IMG/VR virus record: IMGVR_UViG_3300049896_000006
Coordinates: 1-48,287 of that record
Direction: 5' to 3' (one strand)
Origin: a virus
Taxonomy: Duplodnaviria; Caudoviricetes
DNA: 48,287 bases
Numbering within the stretch: the first letter of the stretch is position 1; the number at the start of each line of letters is the position of its first letter. The notes under the pieces are model-generated. The model was not told the origin of the DNA. It did not search any database and saw only the letters and a program-made list of their open reading frames with translations. A program made the position numbers and the translations under genes. This document shows, piece after piece, positions 25,209 to 34,272 of this stretch.

Positions 25209-26404
25209 CGGGTACTCGCCTTCTTGGGCTTGGTGATGCGGAGTTGCCTGGCACGGCACAGCCGGTACTCGTCGGGCGACTCGGCCTTGACCCGGTCCAT
25301 GTCGAGGGCCTCGACCTGGTGCGTGAACCGCTTCGCCAGATCGGGATAGCCGGCGTTGTAGCGCTTCGCCGAGAAGGTGCTGTTCTGCTTGTTCGTCCAC
25401 ACGACCCGGCCGGCCGCCTGCACAATCTCGGCGTCACCGGTCAGCAGCCGCATCTCGTTCTGGACCTTGCGGAGCTGCTCCTCGGCCTCCTCGACCCGGG
25501 CGCGCATCCGGCCCTCCCGCTCCACGAGAGGCAGGGCCTTCTCGGCGGGGACGTCGATGACCTTCTCGGGCTCGACCTCCCACAGCCGGGCCAGCAGGCT
25601 CGTGGTCGCTTCCAGGCCATCAGCGGGCGGCGGGAACCCCTCGACGATGTGCCGCTGATACCAGCCCTCGCAGTACTCCACGATCTCCGCGATGATCTCC
25701 TCGTCCCGCTCGATCCGGAACCAGCGGAGCTTGTTCCCGCCGACGAGAGCGGCGACATAACCGTGGTCCCAGCCGCCGACCGCGAGGTACCAGTGGAGCT
25801 GGAGCAGGGGCCCGTCCGGGACGCCGTCCTCCCAGTCCTCCGCCTGGTACTCGCTGCGGTTCTTGACCTCCAGCGGGGCGACAATGTTGCCCTCAGCGTC
25901 GAGGACGTACCTGTCGACGTTCGCCCGCATCCACGGCCGCTCCAGGTTCGCGATCATCCCCGCAGGCATGCGCGTCTTGAGGCCGGACCGCTTCGTGAAC
26001 ATCCGCGCTACGAAGGTCTCGATCTCGCGGCCGATCTCGGCGGGCTCCGTCTCGCGGAACGTCGGCCGGCCGTGCTTCTCCTCGAACACATGCCGGGGGC
26101 TGGACCACTTCCCGGCCAGGCCGAAGATCGACGCGACGTCCGACCCGCCGATGCCCTCACGGCGGATGGCCTCCCACTTCGCGCGGGACGCCCGGCGGCC
26201 GAGGATGAGCCGTGCCTGCGGTGCCTCCTGTACGGGCACCCGCCGGGCGGCCGGGACCGCCCCACGACCCGCACGGCCGGCGGGCCCCGTGGACTTCTGG
26301 CGGCGAGGACGGACAGTCGGCGAGGACAGCCGCACCGCCCCGGAGGGGGCCTCCGAAGAGGCCCCGCTACGGGTGTCGGTCTCCATCAGGCTGAGCTGCA
26401 TCAC
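25205..26404 (-). CDS. YqaJ-like viral recombinase/exonuclease
   Basis: RREGIGGSDVASIFG, ANVDR, LEVKN, QLHWYLAV. Confidence 0.9.
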   Translation of the reverse strand: MMQLSLMETDTRSGASSEAPSGAVRLSSPTVRPRRQKSTGPAGRAGRGAVPAARRVPVQEAPQARLILGRRASRAKWEAIRREGIGGSDVASIFGLAGKWSSPRHVFEEKHGRPTFRETEPAEIGREIETFVARMFTKRSGLKTRMPAGMIANLERPWMRANVDRYVLDAEGNIVAPLEVKNRSEYQAEDWEDGVPDGPLLQLHWYLAVGGWDHGYVAALVGGNKLRWFRIERDEEIIAEIVEYCEGWYQRHIVEGFPPPADGLEATTSLLARLWEVEPEKVIDVPAEKALPLVEREGRMRARVEEAEEQLRKVQNEMRLLTGDAEIVQAAGRVVWTNKQNSTFSAKRYNAGYPDLAKRFTHQVEALDMDRVKAESPDEYRLCRARQLRITKPKKASTR

Positions 26405-27195
26405 AGCGCACCCCCGCGGGTGTCCTGGATGCCGGTGCGGTCGGTGTCACGGTCGTTGAGGTACACGGCCACGGACCGGGCCAGCATGCCGCCCCTGACC
26501 GTGCTGCCGTTCGCGTAGGCCCGGATCACCTCGGCCTCCCACACGTGGCCGGCCTGCTCCAGGACGTCAGCCGCAGCGTGCGCCCGGACCATGCGGTCGT
26601 CCGCGACGAGATCACCGATCAGGTCGACCGCCGTGGCGAACAGCCCGCCGGGGACACCCCGCATCCGGTACACCCTCGGCAGCAGCCGCTTCAGCAGGGC
26701 CTCACGCTCCTGCGCCTCGGCCAGGACAGTCACGTACGCGTCCTGATGACCACACGCGTTGTGCCAGGTGTCACAGGAGTGCGTGGCGCCGTCGCGCACG
26801 AACCGCGTCGAGTTCACCTTGCCCCTCAGGCCACCGCACCGCGGGCAGGTCGCCGAGATGACGACCGTCCTGATCTCCACCAGCTCATCGCGACCTTCCG
26901 GCCCGTAGTCGGGCACCCGGACGGTCAGGTTGTCGGGGAGCGGCTCAAGCTCGACGGCGCCGACCATGTACCGCACCCACACGGCCGCGCCGTCCGGGTG
27001 GATCGCCGCATAGGCGTCATAGAAGCCCGCCGGGCAGTACGCCTTGAGCTTCCCCGTGCGGACCTGCTGAACGATGCCGTCGGCGCTCTGCCTCGCCGGG
27101 TAGACGGACACCGGCACCCAGACACCAGGGGTCTGACGCGCCGCCTCAGCAGCCGCGATGTGATCGGCCCGGGGGCCGTGCCACCTGCCGCTCAC
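26401..27195 (-). CDS. Hypothetical protein with CPRC motif
   Basis: GTGA coupling at 27195. Confidence 0.65.
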   Translation of the reverse strand: MSGRWHGPRADHIAAAEAARQTPGVWVPVSVYPARQSADGIVQQVRTGKLKAYCPAGFYDAYAAIHPDGAAVWVRYMVGAVELEPLPDNLTVRVPDYGPEGRDELVEIRTVVISATCPRCGGLRGKVNSTRFVRDGATHSCDTWHNACGHQDAYVTVLAEAQEREALLKRLLPRVYRMRGVPGGLFATAVDLIGDLVADDRMVRAHAAADVLEQAGHVWEAEVIRAYANGSTVRGGMLARSVAVYLNDRDTDRTGIQDTRGGAL

Positions 27196-27338
27196 TTCGT
27201 GCCTCCGGTGTTCTCGCCGTTGCTGCGGGTCTGTCGGGCCAGTCCGGCCACCAGGGCCTTGCGCACCCTGACCGTGCCGGGCCTGCGCAGCGGGGCGCAC
27301 AGGCGGCAGTGCGACGCCCTGTGGGTGCAGGTGCTCAC
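27192..27338 (-). CDS. 48-aa Cys/His peptide (not in ORF track)
   Basis: MSTCTHRASHCRLCAP...; GTGA-coupled at both ends. Confidence 0.5.
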   Translation of the reverse strand: MSTCTHRASHCRLCAPLRRPGTVRVRKALVAGLARQTRSNGENTGGTK

Positions 27339-27493
27339 GCGTCCTCACCGCCCTCGGGGCCGCGCTGCTGCGGGATCGTCACGCCGTCGGCCGGCCGGGC
27401 CAGCTGCTTGCGTCCCAGGGCCACAGCGGCGGGCAGGGCCATGAACGCGCCCAGGGCGAGCAGGACGATGAGCGTCGAGAAGATGTCCTTCAC
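27335..27493 (-). CDS. 52-aa single-TM protein (not in ORF track)
   Basis: MKDIFSTLIVLLALGAFMALPAAVALG...; GTGA-coupled. Confidence 0.55.
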   Translation of the reverse strand: MKDIFSTLIVLLALGAFMALPAAVALGRKQLARPADGVTIPQQRGPEGGEDA

Positions 27494-27879
27494 GCGACAC
27501 CCCCGGGGAGGCACACGACGGTGCCGAGACGGCGGCCGGCGAGCAGGTCGCGCAGGTCGCTGCTGGTGAGTCCGCGGGCGTCGGGGAGCGGGTAGCTCGC
27601 GGATACCTGCACCGGAACACCGCAGTAGACGGCGACGAGGTGAGAGGCACCCTGCCGGTCGTCCCCGATGGTCGCGGTCGAGCGGGCGACGGTGCCGCCC
27701 GTGACAGCGGCGACAGCGTCGACGAGTTCGCCGCGGCCGTCCTGCCCGACGTGGTCGCCGGTCAGTACGCCCGCGTCCCCGCCGATCGTCCAGACGATCG
27801 CACTGAGTTCCGGGTGAGCCGTCAGCAGTTCTACGAGGGCGGCTGCTGCCGCGAGTTGGGGGCTAGAATCGCGCTTCAT
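27490..27879 (-). CDS. Hypothetical early protein
   Basis: 129-aa ORF with GAGGGA RBS. Confidence 0.65.
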   Translation of the reverse strand: MKRDSSPQLAAAAALVELLTAHPELSAIVWTIGGDAGVLTGDHVGQDGRGELVDAVAAVTGGTVARSTATIGDDRQGASHLVAVYCGVPVQVSASYPLPDARGLTSSDLRDLLAGRRLGTVVCLPGGVA

Positions 27880-27964
27880 GGTCGGTCCCTCTGTTCACGG
27901 TGATTGAGGTGACTGGGTGGCGGGGCTGTCGGGACCGGGCAAGGGTTCGGCAGCCCCGTCGCTG

Positions 27965-28264
27965 TTAGCCGGCGCGCTTGGTGCGCTTGGCCCCGGAGGG
28001 CCTCACGGACCGCAGGCGGGTGACAGCGGGGGTCTCGCCCGCAAGCTCCGCCGTGTCGGCGGGAGCGGCGGGGACGACGGTGAAAAGGCGCATCGCGATG
28101 CGCAGCTCACAGGGGCACAGGACGCGCTGATCCCCGAACTTCTGGTGAGGGATCTTGCGGAGGTTCTCTTTCAGCAGCCGCTCGCGGCAGCCGAGTCGGG
28201 CCGCTGCCTCCTCCGTGCTGATGTTCTGCACGTCCTCGCACGAGCAGTGCCGCCGCGCGTTCAC
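27965..28264 (-). CDS. Excisionase-like HTH protein
   Basis: STEEAAARLGCRERLL....IPHQKFG; directly after the Cro-like gene. Confidence 0.65.
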   Translation of the reverse strand: MNARRHCSCEDVQNISTEEAAARLGCRERLLKENLRKIPHQKFGDQRVLCPCELRIAMRLFTVVPAAPADTAELAGETPAVTRLRSVRPSGAKRTKRAG

Positions 28265-28494
28265 GACGCGGCCTCCTGCGGCTCGTCGGTGTCGAGGATG
28301 AGGCGGTCCATCGGCGAGCCGTACGCCCTCGCGAGGCGGCGAACGGTCGCCAGCCTCGGCGCCGTCCGGCCCGCCATGTTCCGCGAGAGCGTGGACCGGT
28401 CGACGCCGGCGTGTGCCGCGATCTCCTGGTCCGTCTCGTGGCCGCGCTGGGCGGCCAGTTCTCGAAGGACGTCCGCGGCCAATTTCAGCGACAC
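28261..28494 (-). CDS. Cro-like XRE HTH regulator
   Basis: QEIAAHAGVDRSTLSRNMAGRTAP; divergent from repressor. Confidence 0.85.
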   Translation of the reverse strand: MSLKLAADVLRELAAQRGHETDQEIAAHAGVDRSTLSRNMAGRTAPRLATVRRLARAYGSPMDRLILDTDEPQEAAS

Positions 28495-28511
28495 GGCGAC
28501 CCCTCCCTTCG

Positions 28512-28696
28512 TGTGCAGCAGTGCACATGATGTGCATGCATGCACACCATAGATCATGTGCATGCATGCACACCATCAAAGACACAAGGGGATCGATTAG
28601 TGTGACTTACTGGGTGCCAAACGGCGCACACAGGGCTCGCTACCAGCAGTGATTCACTACACGCGCCCCCACCTGCGGGTAGTGCACGCATGCACA
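28512..28696. promoter_or_regulatory. Immunity operators TGTGCA-N4-TGCACA (four copies)
   Basis: Perfect TGTGCATGCATGCACA at 28531 and 28557; variants at 28512 and 28681. Confidence 0.85.
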
Positions 28697-28780
28697 TCGC
28701 CGCGGGGCATCCAGAGGGCGCTAGCCTCGCTGCATGCGGAGCAAGGAATCCCCCGATCGGACCTGGTGACGGAGGTGCAA

Positions 28781-29254
28781 ATGAACTCACCCGCGCCAGA
28801 GGCCGACCAGACCACGGCCGAGCGATTCGGCGAGGTCATCCATCACCTCGCCAGGCAGGCCGGCTACGACATGGACCGCGGTGGCACCGGACGCGCACAG
28901 CTCGCCGAACAGACGGGCGCGACCGTCCAGACCGTCGGCCGATGGCTGAAAGGTGAAGTCCTCCCCGGGCTGACCCAGTACCAGCACATCGCCAAGGCCC
29001 TGAATGTCACGGTCATAGACCTCCTTGAGGCGGCCGGGATCATCCCCCAAACAGAGCACAACCGTGGCGCAAATCAGCCTGTACTCTCACGACTTCAGCC
29101 ACCCGTCACACCAGCGACGGCCGCGGATCTGCTCGGGGTTACACACCCGACCATCCGCAACATGCTGCTCCCGTCGATGGAACAGGCACAGCGGCTACAG
29201 GAAGATTTCGATCGTCACGGCGCAGGCGGGGAGGCTGCCGTAGCAAGGGGGTAA
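28781..29254 (+). CDS. Immunity repressor (XRE HTH)
   Basis: AQLAEQTGATVQTVGRWLKGEVLP; GGAGG RBS before ATG 28781. Confidence 0.85.
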   Translation: MNSPAPEADQTTAERFGEVIHHLARQAGYDMDRGGTGRAQLAEQTGATVQTVGRWLKGEVLPGLTQYQHIAKALNVTVIDLLEAAGIIPQTEHNRGANQPVLSRLQPPVTPATAADLLGVTHPTIRNMLLPSMEQAQRLQEDFDRHGAGGEAAVARG

Positions 29255-29259
29255 CCCGC

Positions 29260-29859
29260 ATGACGCAGCGATTCCCACACGGCCGTACGGCTGTGGCCGT
29301 CACCGGCGTACTCGCCGGCGGCGTGATCGTCGCAGCACTACCGCAAGATCACAGACCCAACGACGTCGACCCTACCGGCATCATGGTGGCCGTCTCGACC
29401 GCCGTAGCCCTCGTCGCGATCAAACGATGGCTCAGGCAGCACGAAGACAGGACCAAGGCCGACGTCCGCTCACTCGCTGAGCACCACACCCTCAGGTCTG
29501 AGGAACTGGACCGGAGGGAACGAGCACTCGCCACCCGCGAGACGATCGCCGCGCGCCGTGAGGCCACCCACGCCCTACGCATGCGCAGCCTGGCCAGCAC
29601 CCTCGACACCGCCCGCGCCCAGCTCGCCGAGAAGACCACCGCGCTGGAGACGCTGGAAGCGGCATACAACGTGACCAGGAAGGACTACAACGCGTTGGTC
29701 GAGCACGTCTTGCGCGACGGCTACGACCGGTTCGTCACCGACACTGAGGGCCCGCACAAGCCGATCCAGCCCGACCTGCCGCGCCAGGCCGACGAGCACC
29801 GGCGCGGCACCGCCCCCGTCACCATCCTCAGGTCACGGGAGCACCACGGCTCAGCCTGA
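29260..29859 (+). CDS. Two-TM coiled-coil protein downstream of repressor
   Basis: Two hydrophobic segments then long helical region; 5 nt after repressor stop. Confidence 0.7.
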   Translation: MTQRFPHGRTAVAVTGVLAGGVIVAALPQDHRPNDVDPTGIMVAVSTAVALVAIKRWLRQHEDRTKADVRSLAEHHTLRSEELDRRERALATRETIAARREATHALRMRSLASTLDTARAQLAEKTTALETLEAAYNVTRKDYNALVEHVLRDGYDRFVTDTEGPHKPIQPDLPRQADEHRRGTAPVTILRSREHHGSA

Positions 29860-31677
29860 ACCGCCCGCTCCCTCCGCAGCGTCCACCCCTGTCCCGCCCC
29901 TGACCCCGGCGAGGGCAGGGTTCATCTCGCAGATCTGCAGCGCGATGATGCACGCGTTTCCGTACTCGCGGATCACGTCCGACCGGGAGAAGCCCCACGC
30001 CTCCACCTCGGTCTCTACGCCGTCCTCACGCCACGCCACCCGCGACAGGGCAGGCTCCTCGGTGTAGCCAGCTTCCCACTCCCACACCGTCCGCACCGTC
30101 GGCTCGTGCTGGTCGCCCCGGCCTCCGTCGGCGAGGACACCGTCAGGCCCGTACACCGCCGGCCCGATCGCCCAGATCTGCACCCGCTCAGCCGCCTCGC
30201 GCCGCACGTCCTTCTCACCGTTGCCGTGCTGCCGCACCCACCAGTCGACCGTCCACGTCTCCCGCTCGGGGTCACTGCCCCGGTCGAGCGCCCACTGCTG
30301 CGCCACGGCGTCCCGGTCGGCGACCTTCCACCAGCCCTGTACGGTCCCGTCCGGCAGGTGCATCACGTGGACCCGCCGGCCCCGCTGCTGGTCCTCGTCG
30401 GGCCGCTCACCGTCCGGGACGTCGTCCCACAGCTCATCCTCGACGAGCGGGCCGCGTAGCGAGTCGTCGATGACCTTCATCGCGTCGTCGTCCGCCTCGG
30501 GCAGCAAGTGTCCGTAGGTGTCGGACGTGGTCTTGATCGACTCGTGTCCGAGCCGCACCTTCACGTACTCCATGCCGCGCCCCTGCGACAGCAGCACTGC
30601 GGCGTGGCTGTGCCTGAGGTCGTGGAAGGTCGGGCACTTCCACTCCGAGACCAGGCCGGCGACCTTTGCCTTCTCGACGGCCCGCATCCACCGGTCGTAG
30701 AACGTGCTGTAGGGCAGCCGCTCGCCGTCGCCGCTGTGGAAGATCAGGGCGTTCTGGCGGGCCTTGCTGCCCGGCTTGACGCCCTGCTCGATCAGGTCCT
30801 CCCACGCGAGCGGCGACACCCGTAGCGACCGCCTGGAGGCTTTCGTCTTCGGCTTGCCGAGGTAGTAGCCGCGTTCCTTGTTCCGCTTCCACGCCCGCGT
30901 GACCCTGATCCGAGGGTGGCCGGCCTGGCTGGTCACAGCGTGCCGGTGAGCGAGCGCCGTGACCTCGCCCCACCGCATCCCCGTGGCGTATGTGAACCGG
31001 ACCAGCCGCTGATCCTCAGGCCGGGCCAGGAAGCTGACGATGCCCTCGACCTCGTCCGGCTCCAGGAAGTTGATGTCCTCGCCGTCGTCGTCCTCCACCC
31101 CGTCGTCGTCGGTCCGGGGCAGCGCGACGACCTTGCATGGGTTGCGGTCCCTCAGCGGCGGTTCATGCTGCACGGCCTCTTTCAGGATGCTCGACAGCAG
31201 CCCGTGCAGGTTCTTGATCGTCTTGGGAGACATGAGCTTGCGCACCGAGCCGCGCCACACGAACGTGGCCGCGAGCATGTTGACCCACTGCTGGACCGTC
31301 CGTTTGCAGAAGTGATCCGTCGACCGGATGTCGCAGTTCCCGAACGTCGGCAGGATGTACGCCGCCAGGTCGCGCCGGCAGTCGTCCCGGTAGCGCTCCT
31401 CGATCCCGGTCCGGTTGTCGATGCACTCCATGGCGAAGGTCCGAAACAGGAAGGCCTCCTCGCCCGGGTCCTCGCTGATGTAGCCCTTGCCCTTGACCCA
31501 GCCGATCGGCCAGTCCTGCCCGGCGGCATTGACGGCGTCGCAGAAGATCTCGGCCGATTCCTCGTCGTCGAACCGCTCAGTCTGCTGGGGCGCCTTTCTG
31601 GACCCGCCGAGGCGCCATTTCACCTGGTAGCTGGTGATCTCTTCGGCCTTGTTTCTCCGGGGTGTGACGTACGCCAT
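29851..31677 (-). CDS. int: Tyrosine integrase with long C-terminal extension
   Basis: TGMRWGE, KTK, FHDLRHSH, LGHES, TYGH; TACCTT -10 6 nt before ATG 31677 suggests leaderless start. Confidence 0.95.
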   Translation of the reverse strand: MAYVTPRRNKAEEITSYQVKWRLGGSRKAPQQTERFDDEESAEIFCDAVNAAGQDWPIGWVKGKGYISEDPGEEAFLFRTFAMECIDNRTGIEERYRDDCRRDLAAYILPTFGNCDIRSTDHFCKRTVQQWVNMLAATFVWRGSVRKLMSPKTIKNLHGLLSSILKEAVQHEPPLRDRNPCKVVALPRTDDDGVEDDDGEDINFLEPDEVEGIVSFLARPEDQRLVRFTYATGMRWGEVTALAHRHAVTSQAGHPRIRVTRAWKRNKERGYYLGKPKTKASRRSLRVSPLAWEDLIEQGVKPGSKARQNALIFHSGDGERLPYSTFYDRWMRAVEKAKVAGLVSEWKCPTFHDLRHSHAAVLLSQGRGMEYVKVRLGHESIKTTSDTYGHLLPEADDDAMKVIDDSLRGPLVEDELWDDVPDGERPDEDQQRGRRVHVMHLPDGTVQGWWKVADRDAVAQQWALDRGSDPERETWTVDWWVRQHGNGEKDVRREAAERVQIWAIGPAVYGPDGVLADGGRGDQHEPTVRTVWEWEAGYTEEPALSRVAWREDGVETEVEAWGFSRSDVIREYGNACIIALQICEMNPALAGVRGGTGVDAAEGAGGSG

Positions 31678-31695
31678 GACGGCAAGGTAGGGCCT

Positions 31696-31934
31696 CGTGC
31701 TCCCACCGTGCTCCCAAGGTGCAGCAAAGGAATAGGCGCCTACCCGCTGTCGCAGCAGGTCAGACGCCATACCAGGAGATGTGCCCGGAACCGGACTTGA
31801 ACCCTTACCGCTCGGGCCGCTGACCTGCGACGACACACTGACCTGGTACGGAGCCTCCCGGATTCCCCCGGATTCCTGCACACTCACCCGCATCCGGCCC
31901 CCGGTGCTCTCACGATTGGGAGCACCGGGAGCAC
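31696..31934. other. attP: tRNA-derived core flanked by arm-type repeats
   Basis: CGTGCTCCCA at 31696 and 31707; GTGCTCTCA 31904; inverted TGGGAGCAC 31917 and CGGGAGCAC 31926; GCAGGTCAG 31755 / CTGACCTGC 31820 symmetric about the core. Confidence 0.8.
31781..31803 (-). other. att core = 3' fragment of a tRNA, probably tRNA-Leu(UAA) bldA
   Basis: GGTTCAAGTCCGGTTCCGGGCAC = T-loop plus acceptor 3' strand; 5' part of the tRNA absent; bldA match is from memory. Confidence 0.75.
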
Positions 31935-32021
31935 ACCCGACAGGACGAGATCTCTCAACAGATGTCCCCAGGAAATCGTGGGCGTGCATCCATGAGGTGC
32001 CCGTCTCGCGGGTAACGGAAA

Positions 32022-32052
32022 GTGGGCCCGGCAGTAAGGATGCCGGGCCCAC
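32022..32052. terminator. Stem-loop beside attP
   Basis: GTGGGCCCGGCA / TGCCGGGCCCAC 12-bp stem. Confidence 0.6.
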
Positions 32053-32279
32053 CTCTGCGCGGCCCCAGTCCCGCTTATGCGGAGCAAGGAGTGGAGCCGC
32101 GAGCCGCCGGTCTCCCCCAGGAGCACAGCGGCGCTGATGGCGGGAACCAGTCGGCTGGTCCCGCGCTGATAGCCATTCTCACGCCGGGGCGCAGACCAGG
32201 GGGGCGAAATGCCAAAATGCGCCGCGAACGTGTGATCCAACCCGATCCTGTGCGAACCGGCCGACGCGGTCACACACGC

Positions 32280-32314
32280 CGCGGGCCCCGGTGCGACGTC
32301 GCCCGGGGCCCGCG
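32280..32314 (-). terminator. Stem-loop after JmjC gene
   Basis: CGCGGGCCCCGG / CCGGGGCCCGCG. Confidence 0.6.
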
Positions 32315-32378
32315 TGCTACTCACCGGTCAGGCCGCACCATGGACTAGTGCGGGTTGTCGTCACCGGCCGCGAACGGG

Positions 32379-33281
32379 TCAGGTCGTGTACTCGCGATCC
32401 CTCAGGGCGGCCTCACGGACGAGTGGGGCGAGCAACTCCGCGTCGAGGCCGCCGAGGTAGGCGACCAGGCGCGCGCGCGTCTGGTCGAGGTGACCGGCCA
32501 GGCCGTCACCGAGGAGGCCGGAGGGCCGCAGCACCCGCCGGAACACCGGATCGTCCAGCGCGCCGGCAAGGAGCTGCTCAGCCAGCCAGTACGGCGTGCG
32601 CTCCCGGACAGCGAACGTCAGGTGCACGCTGTCCCCGCCGTCCGGCGGCACGGCTGGGTTGTGGACCCAGCCGCGCGGCAGGAGCAGCGTCTGCCCCGGC
32701 TCCAGGTCGACCACCATGTCCGGGCCGGCCGCCTCCCACCCGGGGAGCCACTCCTTCTGCCACACCCGCCACGACTCGGCGAACTCGCGCATCGGCGCGT
32801 CGACGACCGGCCGCCACAGCTCCCACCGCTTCACGCCCGCGATCTGGACGACGACGGCCAGTTGCTGATCCCAGTGGTGGGTGAGGCCCTGGCAGCCCGC
32901 GGGGGTGAGGAAGGCGTGCACGTACGTCGAATAGCCGGTCTCCTGCTGGATGCCACGGCACGCCTGGTACAGGACGGGGATGACGCGCTGTGCGTGGCCC
33001 AGCCGCACGGTGAAGCCAGCCTCGTACAGGCCGCGGAGCTTCTTCCCGCACGTACGCCCAGCCTCCGTGAACGCGGCCTGCGTGATCGACGGGTGGGGCG
33101 TCTTCACCACGGCGATCTCCGGGGCCGGGTAGCACCCCGAGTCGATGTACTCGTTCAGCAGGTCCGCGGTGATGACGCTGTCCACAGCGCAGCCGCCCCG
33201 CCGGTAGACCACCGGCTCGGTCGGCCACTGCGCCATGAGGTCGTCAACGCCCTGAGCGGGCAGCAGCTGGTGCAGCGACAT
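32379..33281 (-). CDS. JmjC/cupin 2OG-Fe(II) oxygenase (YcfD/RoxA-like)
   Basis: FLTP...GLTHHWD..VVQIAGVKRW...LLLPRGWVH gives HxD...H triad; AAGGAG RBS. Confidence 0.9.
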   Translation of the reverse strand: MSLHQLLPAQGVDDLMAQWPTEPVVYRRGGCAVDSVITADLLNEYIDSGCYPAPEIAVVKTPHPSITQAAFTEAGRTCGKKLRGLYEAGFTVRLGHAQRVIPVLYQACRGIQQETGYSTYVHAFLTPAGCQGLTHHWDQQLAVVVQIAGVKRWELWRPVVDAPMREFAESWRVWQKEWLPGWEAAGPDMVVDLEPGQTLLLPRGWVHNPAVPPDGGDSVHLTFAVRERTPYWLAEQLLAGALDDPVFRRVLRPSGLLGDGLAGHLDQTRARLVAYLGGLDAELLAPLVREAALRDREYTT

Positions 33282-33307
33282 CGCTTCTCCTTCACGCGGA
33301 GAGGGGA

Positions 33308-33745
33308 TCAGGGTCGAGGGCAGGCAAGTTCTGGAAGGTGGCGGTTCACGCAGGCGACGACGGAAAAGGACGCCAGCGCCCTGGACTGTGTCCAGTAGCC
33401 CCACGACACGTCCACACCGTGACCGAGGGCCTCGACGGCGTACGCGGCCTTCGCCTCCAGGTCGACGTACGCCTGCTTACCGTCCTCGCCCTCCATCGGG
33501 GGGTTGGCCGCGTACTGCTTCTCCATCCAGCGGACGGCCTCGCCCGGGTCCGTCCACGTCCCCGCGACCTGGTTGCGGCGCATCAGCCAGTGGCCGGTGC
33601 GCACCGGCGGCATCTTCGACCTGAGGAACGCCTCGGTGTGCGGGTCGCCGGGCGTCGTACCGGGGCGGCGCATAGCCTCCCGGGCGTACTCCGCACCGCT
33701 GCCGACCCAGGGACCGAAACCGTGCAAGTGACCTGACCAGTCCAC
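33308..33745 (-). CDS. Trp-rich hypothetical protein
   Basis: 145-aa ORF, AAAGGTGA RBS. Confidence 0.7.
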   Translation of the reverse strand: MDWSGHLHGFGPWVGSGAEYAREAMRRPGTTPGDPHTEAFLRSKMPPVRTGHWLMRRNQVAGTWTDPGEAVRWMEKQYAANPPMEGEDGKQAYVDLEAKAAYAVEALGHGVDVSWGYWTQSRALASFSVVACVNRHLPELACPRP

Positions 33746-33768
33746 GTGTTCACCTTTCGAGGGAGCGA

Positions 33769-33804
33769 GAGCGGGCCCCGGCCGCCGTCAGCCGGGGCCC
33801 GCTC
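33769..33804 (-). terminator. Stem-loop after DUF397 gene
   Basis: GAGCGGGCCCCGGC / GCCGGGGCCCGCTC 14-bp stem. Confidence 0.6.
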
Positions 33805-33832
33805 AGAGGTCCTGCGGGGTCAGAGCGTAGAG

Positions 33833-34063
33833 CTACGCACTGACAACGCCCGGCCCGTCGGTGAAGAAGGCGCGCAGCTCGTCACCCGTGAAGCGCAGCA
33901 CCATGCCGGCGCCGCCGTCCTTGCTGTCGCGGAGCGCGAACGCGTCGACAGCGCCGGGGATGCGCGCCACCTCGACGCACGTCTCGTTGTCGCCGCCCTG
34001 GTTGCCGCCGCACATCGAGGTGTACTCGGCGCCGTCCAGCGACAGCTCGTAAAGGTTTTCCAC
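33833..34063 (-). CDS. DUF397 (BldB/Scr2-like) small protein
   Basis: CVEVA...LRDSK...LRFT..EL.AF; AAGGAG RBS before GTG 34063. Confidence 0.85.
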   Translation of the reverse strand: MENLYELSLDGAEYTSMCGGNQGGDNETCVEVARIPGAVDAFALRDSKDGGAGMVLRFTGDELRAFFTDGPGVVSA

Positions 34064-34185
34064 GGAACACTCCTTCGTGTCAGGCCCCGGGAACCAGCCC
34101 CCGGGACTGTCCGAACCCCCCGGGCGGAGGGCTGGGCCCGCCCACACCCCGGGAACGGGGAGGACACCGGAGTGTGGGCGGGAGT

Positions 34186-34272
34186 TCATCGGTGGAGCAG
34201 GGAGTAACCGACGGACCCCATCCAGGCGGCCACCGACAGCGCCAGGAGCGCCTGTTGAGCGGCTGTCCTCAC
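34186..34272 (-). CDS. 28-aa hydrophobic peptide (not in ORF track)
   Basis: MRTAAQQALLALSVAAWMGSVGYSLLHR; GTGA overlap with HATPase stop. Confidence 0.4.
   Translation of the reverse strand: MRTAAQQALLALSVAAWMGSVGYSLLHR

Noticed and set aside
685-27444. Many long plus-strand ORFs (e.g. 685..1752, 13929..15320, 16709..18298, 25244..26518)
   Set aside because: Antisense shadows of coupled minus-strand genes in high-GC DNA, with no recognisable motifs
31781-31803. Complete tRNA gene
   Set aside because: Only the T-loop and acceptor 3' strand are present; no D or anticodon arm upstream
31678-32052. N-terminal 125 aa of the 733-aa integrase ORF
   Set aside because: Overlaps attP and a hairpin; a -10 box points to ATG 31677
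32379-34272. Complete RiPP biosynthetic cluster
   Set aside because: No recognisable precursor leader, protease or transporter; kept only as a substrate hypothesis for JmjC
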